A stretch of DNA of 64,000 bases from Candidatus Latescibacterota bacterium (GTDB lineage: Bacteria; Latescibacterota; UBA2968; UBA8231). The translations under genes were made by a program, and so were the position numbers. Below the pieces are notes generated by a model. That model was not told the DNA's origin. It saw nothing but the letters and a program-made list of their open reading frames with translations, and did no database searches. Where the stretch lies: assembly GCA_965203175.1 (NCBI GenBank), contig OZ241867.1, positions 3,360,001-3,424,000 on the forward strand. The letters are read 5' to 3'. How positions within the stretch are numbered: position 1 is the stretch's first letter; each line of letters starts with the position of its first letter. This document shows positions 1-8,005 of this stretch, in pieces.

Positions 1-195
1 GGCCTGTCCCTGCAACAGGAGCGAGTCGCCGACTTCGTAGTAGCGCATATAGGTGGCTTGGTAGGCAAAGCCTTGGTCTTTGTCTTGGCCCTTGGCTTGG
101 GTCAGCAGGGAGCGGGCCTCTTGCAGTTGGGTATCGGACGCCTCGCTGACGTGCGGATAGGCGAGGGCAAGGCAGAGGATTAGCAGGCCGATCAT
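1..195 (-). CDS. 5' part of a secreted protein, probably LptD-like LPS assembly protein (runs off window start)
   Basis: Hand translation from ATG at 195 (ATGA overlap with rlmB stop): MIGLLILCLALAYPHVSEA...FAYQATYMRYYEVGDSLLLQGQA; signal peptide followed by an OstA-like segment. Confidence 0.5.
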   Translation of the reverse strand, partial: MIGLLILCLALAYPHVSEASDTQLQEARSLLTQAKGQDKDQGFAYQATYMRYYEVGDSLLLQGQA

Positions 196-935
196 GGCTG
201 GCGCTGGCGCAATACTTCGTACAGGGCAATGCCGGCGGCCACAGAGGCGTTGAGCGAGCCGATGGCCTCGCGCTGCATGGGGATGTGCAAGAGCGCGTCG
301 CAGCGCTTTTGCACCATGCGCCGCAGTCCCTTGCCCTCGCTGCCGATGACTAGGGCGCAGGGCTGGGCAAGGTCTGCGGTCGTCAAGGGCTGTTCGCCTT
401 GGGCGTCGAGTCCGGCGATGAAAAGTCCACAATTTGCGGCTTTTTGCAGGGCCTTTTGCAAGTTGTCAACTCGGCAGACGGGTAGGTGTTGGGCTGCACC
501 GGCGGCGGCCTTGAGCGCGGCTGGCGAGAGGCCGGCGGCAGACCGGGCGGGCACGACTACGCCTTGCGCACCGAGCGCGTGGGCGCTGCGGATGATGGCA
601 CCGAGGTTGTGAGGATCTTGCACCTGGTCGAGGAAGATGAGTAAGGCCGGGGCCGACAGATGGTCGAGTACGTGGTCGAAGTCCGCGTACGTTGCGGCGG
701 CTGCGTAGGCGACGACGCTTTGGTGGCGGGGGCCGGCGAGGCGGTCGAGCTGGGCCTTGTCGCGCAGGTCATAGGGGATGTGGGCCTGCCGCGCGCGGGT
801 GAAAATTTCGTCGATGACTGGGCCGTGCGCGCCTTTGGCGACGAGCAGGCGACGCAAAGGGCGCTCGGCGCGGAGGGCTTCGAGTACGGGGTGGCGGCCC
901 CAGATTAGATCGTCGGGTGTTTGTTTATCGGACAT
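192..935 (-). CDS. rlmB: 23S rRNA 2'-O-methyltransferase RlmB (SpoU/TrmH family)
   Basis: IWGRHPVLEAL N-terminus, LDQVQDPHNLGAIIRSA, IGSEGKG and SLNASVAAGIALYE SPOUT motifs. Confidence 0.93.
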   Translation of the reverse strand: MSDKQTPDDLIWGRHPVLEALRAERPLRRLLVAKGAHGPVIDEIFTRARQAHIPYDLRDKAQLDRLAGPRHQSVVAYAAAATYADFDHVLDHLSAPALLIFLDQVQDPHNLGAIIRSAHALGAQGVVVPARSAAGLSPAALKAAAGAAQHLPVCRVDNLQKALQKAANCGLFIAGLDAQGEQPLTTADLAQPCALVIGSEGKGLRRMVQKRCDALLHIPMQREAIGSLNASVAAGIALYEVLRQRQP

Positions 936-1079
936 GAATTAGCTGAGCTCGGCTCGTGCAGACGGCAGAGCAGGTCTATTAGGAAATTACTCAACGTAAA
1001 AATACTCGATGTGCAGGTTAGATGGTAGGGATGCTGGCAGCAGCGACTCGACGATGCACTCTGGCAGCGCGGAGAAAAT

Positions 1080-1129
1080 TGGACAAAACCTCACATTTTT
1101 AGCATACTATGTCCACTGATTGTGGACAT
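1080..1129 (+). promoter_or_regulatory. Putative sigma70 promoter and palindromic operator of the AbiE operon
   Basis: TGGACA(1080)-17 bp-CATACT(1103), followed directly by the inverted repeat ATGTCCAC-N5-GTGGACAT (1109-1129). Confidence 0.55.
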
Positions 1130-1153
1130 TGATGTATATTATTGCGGTACAAA

Positions 1154-1807
1154 ATGCTTGAAACGACCCCATTGCGGCAGCAGATCGCTCGAGATGTCTT
1201 CGATTACCAGCAGCTGGTCGCCTGTTTGTCCCAGTTTAGCAAGCCCCGCGACAAAATCCGCAGATTGTTAGCTAGTGGAGAAATCGTGCGCATTAGGAAG
1301 GGCTTGTACGCCTTTGGCGAGCCCCTCCGACGAGCCCCTATCAGCCGGGAACTGCTGGCCAATCTGATCTATGGGCCTTCCTACATAAGCCTAGACTACG
1401 CCCTGAGCTACCACGGGCTCATACCGGAACGCGTCGAGACCGTCACCTCGGTGACATTGGGGCGGTCGCGCACCTTCACTACGCCCTACGGAATGTTCTC
1501 CTACCGTCGCTTGAGTCAGAGCCGCTACGTCGTTGGGGGCCTTCTAGCAGAGCACGGCGATCTGTCCTTCCTGATCGCTTCCCCAGAAAAGGCACTGGTG
1601 GATAAAGTATGGGCCGACAAGCGCTTCGACGGGACTCGCTTGGCGACCTATGGTTCGTATTTGCTGGATGACCTGCGGCTGGATCCCGCCCGGTTGGCCG
1701 TCCTCGACCGCGATCGCCTCGATGCGATAGCGAGAGCCTACGATTCGCGGAAGCTCTATTGGCTCATGCGCTACCTACAGACGCTAAGGGAGCAGAGCCA
1801 TGCATGA
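1154..1807 (+). CDS. Type IV TA antitoxin, AbiEi-like
   Basis: IRKGLY winged helix, PSYISLDYALSYHGLIPERV and IASPEKALVD motifs; overlaps the downstream nucleotidyltransferase; ATG at 1154 (TTG at 1142 possible). Confidence 0.88.
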   Translation: MLETTPLRQQIARDVFDYQQLVACLSQFSKPRDKIRRLLASGEIVRIRKGLYAFGEPLRRAPISRELLANLIYGPSYISLDYALSYHGLIPERVETVTSVTLGRSRTFTTPYGMFSYRRLSQSRYVVGGLLAEHGDLSFLIASPEKALVDKVWADKRFDGTRLATYGSYLLDDLRLDPARLAVLDRDRLDAIARAYDSRKLYWLMRYLQTLREQSHA

Positions 1808-2666
1808 GGCCATTCGTCCCATGCTCGACCGATACGCACCTGAAACGCGCGACGATTACGTCAATGCGCTGCGGGAGATACTACAGGAACTGGCGTTGCT
1901 CGGCCTCTGGCGCAGCAAGTTTTTCGAGCATGCCGCCTTCTACGGAGGCACGGCCCTGCGCGTACTCTACGGCCTAGATCGCTATTCCGAGGACATTGAT
2001 TTCTCGTTGCTGGCACCCGACCCGGGATTTTCGCTTGGGCAATATGGCGAGTCCCTGTTGCGCGAGATCAGCAGTTTTGGCTTTAGCGTCGAGTTTGAGC
2101 ACAGAGAGCCGACCCGGCAGACGGCTATTGAGTCGGCCTTTCTCAAGGCCCATACGCTCAAACAGTTGCTCGTCATCGAAGCAGACGCCGAACGATTCCC
2201 CGGCTTGCATCTTGGGTCGGCTCTGCGGATCAAACTCGAAGTGGACACCGACCCACCCGGCGGCTTTGAGACTGAGAGCCGCTATTTGCTGCAACCTATT
2301 CCGTTTGCGGTGCGCGTTTATAGCCTGCCCGATCTGTTCGCTGGTAAGCTACACGCCATCCTGTGCCGGAGGTGGCAGACGCGCGTCAAGGGGCGAGACT
2401 GGTACGATCTAGTCTGGTACGCCGGCCGTCATCCACAGGTGCGTCTGAGCCATCTAGAGGAGCGCATGAGGCAATCGGGCGATTATCGGGACGAGATGCC
2501 TTTGACGCGAGGTCGCCTAATGGAACTCTTGCGCCAAGCGGTTGACCAACTCGATGTTGGGCGCGCCCAGGACGATGTGGTCCGGTTTGTGCGCGACCCG
2601 CGAACCATCGATGTTTGGTCGCGGGATTTCTTCCGCGAGGTCGTCCAACGCATCGAAATATGTTAG
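1800..2666 (+). CDS. Type IV TA toxin, AbiEii/AbiGii nucleotidyltransferase
   Basis: FYGGTALR...RYSEDIDF, KLHAIL and KGRDWYD motifs. Confidence 0.92.
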   Translation: MHEAIRPMLDRYAPETRDDYVNALREILQELALLGLWRSKFFEHAAFYGGTALRVLYGLDRYSEDIDFSLLAPDPGFSLGQYGESLLREISSFGFSVEFEHREPTRQTAIESAFLKAHTLKQLLVIEADAERFPGLHLGSALRIKLEVDTDPPGGFETESRYLLQPIPFAVRVYSLPDLFAGKLHAILCRRWQTRVKGRDWYDLVWYAGRHPQVRLSHLEERMRQSGDYRDEMPLTRGRLMELLRQAVDQLDVGRAQDDVVRFVRDPRTIDVWSRDFFREVVQRIEIC

Positions 2667-2726
2667 AAGCCGTCTGAACATTCTGAGAGTGGCCCTTGAG
2701 GGCAGACGATCCCCACTGGATGTCAC

Positions 2727-3863
2727 CTAAAGGCGCGGTGAAACCCGCTTGCGCGGGAATGACGGGTGTGTAATGTCAGAAGTCGCATCAGTCTCAACCG
2801 GCCCCCTCAATCCCTGCTCGACCTTATTGCGAGGCTGCTGAAGCAACTCTCCGGCCTTGCTTGGTGAAATGAGGCCTTCGGCCAGCGCCCAATAACAAAG
2901 CCGCTCAAACCGTCGCGGCACCTCGTGCTGTCCTTCTCCGCCGTTCTCCTCCAGCGGTTCTGGCTCGTTAGAGCGCCATCCACGCGCAAAGGTCTGGAAC
3001 GCATAGGCAAGCGTCGATTCATTGATTATGCCTACTTGTTTGAATCGCACGAGCAGCGTTGCCGCGCTAACCCGGTACATCCACTTGAGTTGGATCAGTT
3101 CTTGGTAGCCGATGGCCTTGCGGGCCTCTCCAATCTCTCTGACGAGATGATCTCGCGGAATGAGAAAAGCTCCCGCAAAGACATTAGATGCTTTTTCGTG
3201 GTCCACTGGAGAGTTTTGGTCGATTAGCCGGTGTGCCAGCTCGTGGACCAGCGTAAACCGCCGCCTTTCAAGCGTGGCTTTCCGGTTTACGACAATCACT
3301 GGGACTTTTTCTTTTTGATGTTGCCGGTGGACTAGGCAGGTTAAGCCCGACACGCGCTCCGGCAATTCGATCACCAAGACCTTGATTCCCCAGTCCTCAA
3401 GCAGGGCGGTCATGTTCGGGATGGGATCGATACCGAGTTGCCATTCTTTGCGCAGATCCTCGGCGACGCTCTCGCCCTCATTTTCTTGATGGAGGAAGCG
3501 ATTCCCGAATTGCGGCGCACGCCATACCCCGCTATCTAGACCCAGAATTTCCTCAATGGTCAGATAGCGTTGCAGACAGTCGATCACTTCAGCCGACACC
3601 CGCGCTCTTGCGCCGACCGATGTTCCGGAAAGCTTCCGAAATTCCACCGCCTCAAGCTCTTCGACCTCTTCGCTCAGCAGGTATTCAAGGGACACGCCGA
3701 GTGTCTTGGTTAGCCGAATTAGGACGTCGGAACCCGGCATCATCTCACCTCGCTCGTATTTCCCGAGGGCTTGGGCGGTGACGTGGCCGTCCAGTGCATC
3801 CGACAACCCGCGCAGCGAATAACCGGACTTTTTTCTGGCAAGTTTTAGGCGATCTCCAAACAT
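2727..3863 (-). CDS. XRE-family HTH fused to ImmA/IrrE Zn metallopeptidase
   Basis: MFGDRLKLARKKSGYSLRGL HTH; RRRFTLVHELAH (HExxH) and EKASNVFAGAFLIP; start taken at ATG 3863 (preceded by AGGAG). Confidence 0.9.
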   Translation of the reverse strand: MFGDRLKLARKKSGYSLRGLSDALDGHVTAQALGKYERGEMMPGSDVLIRLTKTLGVSLEYLLSEEVEELEAVEFRKLSGTSVGARARVSAEVIDCLQRYLTIEEILGLDSGVWRAPQFGNRFLHQENEGESVAEDLRKEWQLGIDPIPNMTALLEDWGIKVLVIELPERVSGLTCLVHRQHQKEKVPVIVVNRKATLERRRFTLVHELAHRLIDQNSPVDHEKASNVFAGAFLIPRDHLVREIGEARKAIGYQELIQLKWMYRVSAATLLVRFKQVGIINESTLAYAFQTFARGWRSNEPEPLEENGGEGQHEVPRRFERLCYWALAEGLISPSKAGELLQQPRNKVEQGLRGPVETDATSDITHPSFPRKRVSPRL

Positions 3864-3980
3864 GTGACTCCTAATTCTGAAGTTTACATTTTTAAAATAT
3901 ATACTATAAGTGTAAACATAATCAACCAAACATCGCAGGGATGGTTAGCAAAAGATATCTGATTAGGAGGTTACTGTAAG

Positions 3981-4160
3981 ATGGCGAAACGCAATCAGCA
4001 TGTCGTTCCGCACAATAGCGGATGGGCCATTCGAGGTGAGGTAATCAGTGCGTCAGTTCGCTCGGAGACAGGGCAGCGAATTGCTTGTCCACGGTAGGGA
4101 TGGACGCATTCGGGAACGCAACTCTTACGGCAACGACCCGTTCCCGCCTAGGGGCTGCTT
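3981..4160 (+). pseudogene. DUF2188-family protein, internally deleted/frameshifted
   Basis: RBS AGGAGG then MAKRNQHVVPHNSGWAIRGE; another frame continues ARRQGSELLVHGRDGRIRERNSYGNDPFPPRG, the typical DUF2188 C-terminus. Confidence 0.75.
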
Positions 4161-4171
4161 AGAGAAAAAAG

Positions 4172-5656
4172 TCATTCGCCTCCTCGGTTGTCGAGATCTT
4201 GCAACCTCTGCTCTATCGAGGCGACGAGGCTGGCATCGCCAGCCTTACGTGCCAAATCGCGCGCCTTCTTGAAATCCTGCCGCGCTTCGTCTATTAAATC
4301 CAACGCGGCCTTCGCAATGCCTCGATTGTTGTAGGTTTCAGCGTCGTTTGGTTTCAGGCGAACCGCCTCATCATAATCGGCAATTGCAGCTTCGTGGCGA
4401 CCCAGTTCGCTCTGTGCTCTGCCCCGGTTGAAATAGGCGTCGGCATAGTTCGATTGCCAGTGGATCGCTTGGTTATAGTCGGCGATGGCGTCCTCGTATC
4501 GCCCCAATTCGCCTTTCGCAATGCCTCGATTGTTGTAGGCTTCAGCGTAGTCCGGCTTCCGGTGAATCGCTTGGTTATAGTCGGCGATGGTGTCCTCGTA
4601 TCGCCCCAGTTTGATCTGCGCGTTGCCCCGGTTGAAATAGGCATTGACATGGTTCGATTGCCAGCGGATCGCTTGATTAAAATCGGCGATGGCGTCCTCG
4701 TATCGCCCTAATTCGCCCTTCGCAATGCCTCGATTGTTGTAGATTTCAGCGTCGTTTGGTTTCAGGCGAATCGCCTCATCATAATCAGCAATTGCAGCTT
4801 CGTGGCGATCCAGTTTGCGCTGTGCATTGCCCCGATTGAAATAGGCATTGACATGGTTCGATTGCCAGCGGATCGCTTGGTTATAGTCGGCGATGGCGTC
4901 CTCGTATCGCCCCAATTCGCCCTTCGCAACGCCTCGGTTATTGTAAGCTTTGGCATAATCCGGTCTCAGACGGATCGCTTGGTCGTATGCGGCAATCTTA
5001 TCTTCGGGCTTTTCCTGTGAAAGAAGATAACCGACGGAAAAGTGAGCTCTGGCGGCGAGTTCCCTATCGACTTCTTCAAAAGCATCGGCGATACCGTGCC
5101 ATATCTTAATGGCTTCTTCTCTCTTTCCCTGATCTTGGAGAAAAACCGCCTCAGCGATTGCCTTATCTGTCGAGGATGCTCGGGGATTTTCGCGGATATC
5201 TTCTACGACCTGCTTCGCTTTGGTCGGGTCATCGGCAGCAGTCTCAGCGTTCATGCCCTGTATAATCTCATCGGATTTATCGCGGTTCCTCTCAATCTCT
5301 TCAAGGTAGCGTTGAGCCTGAGTCTTGAACTCTTCAAATTTCTTGAAACCAAATACACTCGCGAGAAAGGCCGCAATAGGAATGGCAATACTGAAAAACG
5401 TAAGGACAATGGCGACGACAAAGAGCCATCGGTCAATATATGTTGCCCGGTCTTCTAAAAGCTTCTGCTGACGTTCGTTGAAGCGTCGCTCGAATTCGTT
5501 AAAGCGTCGCTGGATTTCGACCTCGACTGCGGCAGGTGTCGCCGGTTTGGCAGTTGGTTCGCTAGATGTGGACACGTCAGCGTCTGTCAATTGCTCATCG
5601 GGTGTCGGGTCAGCATCGCTGGTCGCAGCCTCATCTGCTGTCGGTGCGTTTTCCAT
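4172..5656 (-). CDS. Membrane-anchored tetratricopeptide repeat protein
   Basis: One TM helix (WLFVVAIVLTFFSIAIPIAAFL), coiled coil, then several 34-aa TPRs (AYNNRG..KGELGRYEDAIADYNQAI) with near-identical DNA repeats. Confidence 0.9.
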   Translation of the reverse strand: MENAPTADEAATSDADPTPDEQLTDADVSTSSEPTAKPATPAAVEVEIQRRFNEFERRFNERQQKLLEDRATYIDRWLFVVAIVLTFFSIAIPIAAFLASVFGFKKFEEFKTQAQRYLEEIERNRDKSDEIIQGMNAETAADDPTKAKQVVEDIRENPRASSTDKAIAEAVFLQDQGKREEAIKIWHGIADAFEEVDRELAARAHFSVGYLLSQEKPEDKIAAYDQAIRLRPDYAKAYNNRGVAKGELGRYEDAIADYNQAIRWQSNHVNAYFNRGNAQRKLDRHEAAIADYDEAIRLKPNDAEIYNNRGIAKGELGRYEDAIADFNQAIRWQSNHVNAYFNRGNAQIKLGRYEDTIADYNQAIHRKPDYAEAYNNRGIAKGELGRYEDAIADYNQAIHWQSNYADAYFNRGRAQSELGRHEAAIADYDEAVRLKPNDAETYNNRGIAKAALDLIDEARQDFKKARDLARKAGDASLVASIEQRLQDLDNRGGE

Positions 5657-6900
5657 GGCAGTCCCAACCCATAGAGCAAGAGCGTTGCCGGATACCGTTG
5701 CAACTCAGGCCAAAAATTTGAGCTGCCGCTCAATGGTGTCGAACCAAGACGTTCTAGCGCTCGTTGCCATACCGGATAGTGCTCTTCTTCTGCCCAATAG
5801 CCTCCGGTCATCGCCATCGCTAACAATATCGAACAGGCCGCCTCATATCCGCGCACACGCGCCGTCACCAACTCAGTGGTCGGATCTGGATCTCCGTTCG
5901 CGGAGAAAGCTTGGCCAGACGTCACCTCAACAACTTGCTCAACTGTGTTATTGATAAGGTCCGACAGTTGAATTCGATATCGAGGCTCGGGAATGTAGCG
6001 CTTCAAACTTGCTACGGCGGCTTCGGTCGAGAGAGGATGAGGTCTCGAAAACTCCTCAATGGATTCGACTTGTTGCTGGACCTCATGGAAAAATGTATCA
6101 GCGTTTTTGATGGAAATTACCTGAGCTCTACGATGGTCAATCAGTCTTTGTGCTTTGTCTTCCGGCTCGCCCCGCACTGCCCAGTATGTCGTGAACCGAC
6201 GCGATGGCGCACGGCACATCGCCTTGCGCAACGCACTATCCCACTCTGCTGACCAGCCACATACGATCAGGCCGAACTCATCGAAGATGCGATCTAAGAG
6301 TTGATCGAACGCGGGCGGATACTGATCGAGTTCAGCAGGGGCATTCCTAATGCGGGTATCGAGATAATCACCGTTTACCTTAAAGACACAGCATGGTGTG
6401 TGAATCAATGGGAGTGCGCCCTGAACCTGATCGGGGGAACTCAGAACCGTCGGTACAACTCCTGCCTCGGTGAGGGCGGTTTCCACGAGACGGTCAAAAT
6501 TCGTAGTGATGATGACTTTTATGAATCCTTGTGCAACTAGTTTTGCGATGGCGCGGTGTGCTGCCGTAGGCTGTTTCTCACCTTCCTCGCGCTCTTGGTC
6601 GTTCGGTTCAAAATACGCACGAAGTAACTGCTGTCGCTCGGCTTGCGTCTTGGCTAGTTCATTGAGAAAGTCAGAGTAAGACGCCTCCTTTTCGAATTTC
6701 TCCCGATACCAGTGTTCTATGTCGGAATCACTCGTCTCTCTGGGATGCTCTCCTAGCTTGCGAATCAGATCGAGCGTTATCTCCCAACCCGTGGGAATAT
6801 TCGCTGCCCGAGATACACCCGAACCGACAAGGACAGCGTAAACGCCAGGATTGGCCTGCATCGAAAATGCTAGCGAATGGATCGGGTCAATCATGGTCAT
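5587..6900 (-). CDS. SIR2-like (SIR2_2) domain protein, apparently C-terminally truncated
   Basis: VLVGSGVSRAANIPTGW, IITTNFD, LIVCGWSAEWD; the usual KxHGD reads KVNGD; last 70 bp overlap the TPR gene start. Confidence 0.8.
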   Translation of the reverse strand: MTMIDPIHSLAFSMQANPGVYAVLVGSGVSRAANIPTGWEITLDLIRKLGEHPRETSDSDIEHWYREKFEKEASYSDFLNELAKTQAERQQLLRAYFEPNDQEREEGEKQPTAAHRAIAKLVAQGFIKVIITTNFDRLVETALTEAGVVPTVLSSPDQVQGALPLIHTPCCVFKVNGDYLDTRIRNAPAELDQYPPAFDQLLDRIFDEFGLIVCGWSAEWDSALRKAMCRAPSRRFTTYWAVRGEPEDKAQRLIDHRRAQVISIKNADTFFHEVQQQVESIEEFSRPHPLSTEAAVASLKRYIPEPRYRIQLSDLINNTVEQVVEVTSGQAFSANGDPDPTTELVTARVRGYEAACSILLAMAMTGGYWAEEEHYPVWQRALERLGSTPLSGSSNFWPELQRYPATLLLYGLGLPWKTHRQQMRLRPAMLTRHPMSN

Positions 6901-6928
6901 ACGGATATTTCCGTGCCTCAAGCTGCAT
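6887..6928 (-). pseudogene. Stub of HEPN/DUF86 toxin gene
   Basis: ATG overlapping the MNT 3' end gives MQLEARKYPYDHD*, resembling DUF86 N-termini; sequence then switches to the SIR2 gene start. Confidence 0.55.
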
Positions 6929-7223
6929 AGAGCAACGTCTTAGTCTCGTCAATGCGTTGCCGGAAAAAGGGATTCTTGATGGCCGAATCGACGACGAGAT
7001 CTACCGGATGTCCAAAGAGCAACTCCAGAGCCTCCAGCAGCCCGAAGTAAGCGTCGGCGTATTCTCCCGAAGCCAGCGTTCGGAATTCAACCAAGAAATC
7101 CAAGTCGCTTTCGCCATGGTAGTTGCTGGTGGCAGCCGAGCCGAACAAGTCAAGCCGCAGAACGCGGTAACGGATGCAGAGTTGCTGTAACTCGCCGACC
7201 CGCTCCTCGACAATAGCTATCAT
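6918..7223 (-). CDS. Minimal nucleotidyltransferase (MNT antitoxin of HEPN/MNT TA)
   Basis: LFGSAAT...ESDLDFLVEF and VDLV motifs, 101 aa. Confidence 0.88.
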   Translation of the reverse strand: MIAIVEERVGELQQLCIRYRVLRLDLFGSAATSNYHGESDLDFLVEFRTLASGEYADAYFGLLEALELLFGHPVDLVVDSAIKNPFFRQRIDETKTLLYAA

Positions 7224-7247
7224 CGGATGCTCTCTGATTAAATGTGT

Positions 7248-7430
7248 TTACTCACCTTCTTGGCTGTCGAGTTTTCGCAACGCCTGCTCCGCCAAGGCGA
7301 CGAGTTTGTCATCGTTGGACTTGTGTGCCAAGTCGCGCGATTTCTCGAAATCCTGCCGAGCTTCATCTATTCGACCCAGTTTGTCCTTCGCGTTCCCCCG
7401 ATTGGAATAGACTCCGGCGTAGTCTAGTTT
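7248..7430 (-). pseudogene. 3' remnant of a TPR gene paralogous to 4172-5656
   Basis: Translates as DYAGVYSNRGNAKDKLGRIDEARQDFEKSRDLAHKSNDDKLVALAEQALRKLDSQEGE*, matching the C-terminus of 4172-5656. Confidence 0.75.
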
Positions 7431-7438
7431 TCATAGCG

Positions 7439-7699
7439 TCACTCCAGCGGGGCAATCCTGCCGGGCGGCTCTGAACGCTGCGCACGCATCCAAGCTGCCA
7501 TCAGTTCTTCTTGGTGAAGGGATGCCCATTCCACCACAAGACGGCGGGCACGGGCGGGAAGCTGTCCCTCCACCACGCTGATGCTGTTTATCTCTATGAC
7601 AGCTTCATGTTCACCGTACAGCGCGTGAAAATGGGGCGGATTGTGGTCGCGAAAGTTAATGCGAATGCTGATCCCATAAAATCTACAGAGTTCAGGCAT
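7439..7699 (-). CDS. DUF4160-family protein (putative TA component)
   Basis: MPELCRFYGISI...DHNPPHFHALYGE...VVEWASLHQEELMAAW...IAPLE. Confidence 0.9.
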   Translation of the reverse strand: MPELCRFYGISIRINFRDHNPPHFHALYGEHEAVIEINSISVVEGQLPARARRLVVEWASLHQEELMAAWMRAQRSEPPGRIAPLE

Positions 7700-7982
7700 C
7701 GCGGCTCTGGATTACCTGCTTCACGCCGGGCATTACTTCCTCAACAGATTTGCCCGTGAGTTCCATGTACAGCGCATCGGCGCAAAGCTCGAGGTCATCG
7801 TCCCAAGCTATGGCCCTGTGGGGAGTTATATGCACCTTCGCGAAATATCCCGGCTCGTCCCAAATTTTGAATACGCCCTTTCCGGCAAGGTGCGACAAGT
7901 CGATCTCACCGGCGACGCCATCTGCATATCGAAGCCAAATGCGGTAGCTAGTTCGTGGCTGAACTTCGGTCGGCTGAATCAT
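7692..7982 (-). CDS. DUF2442-family protein (putative TA component)
   Basis: YRIWLRYADGVAGEIDL...IAWDDDLELCADALY; RBS GAGGAGG before ATG 7982. Confidence 0.88.
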   Translation of the reverse strand: MIQPTEVQPRTSYRIWLRYADGVAGEIDLSHLAGKGVFKIWDEPGYFAKVHITPHRAIAWDDDLELCADALYMELTGKSVEEVMPGVKQVIQSRDA

Positions 7983-8005
7983 GGTGCTGCCTCCTCTATG
8001 ATTCA

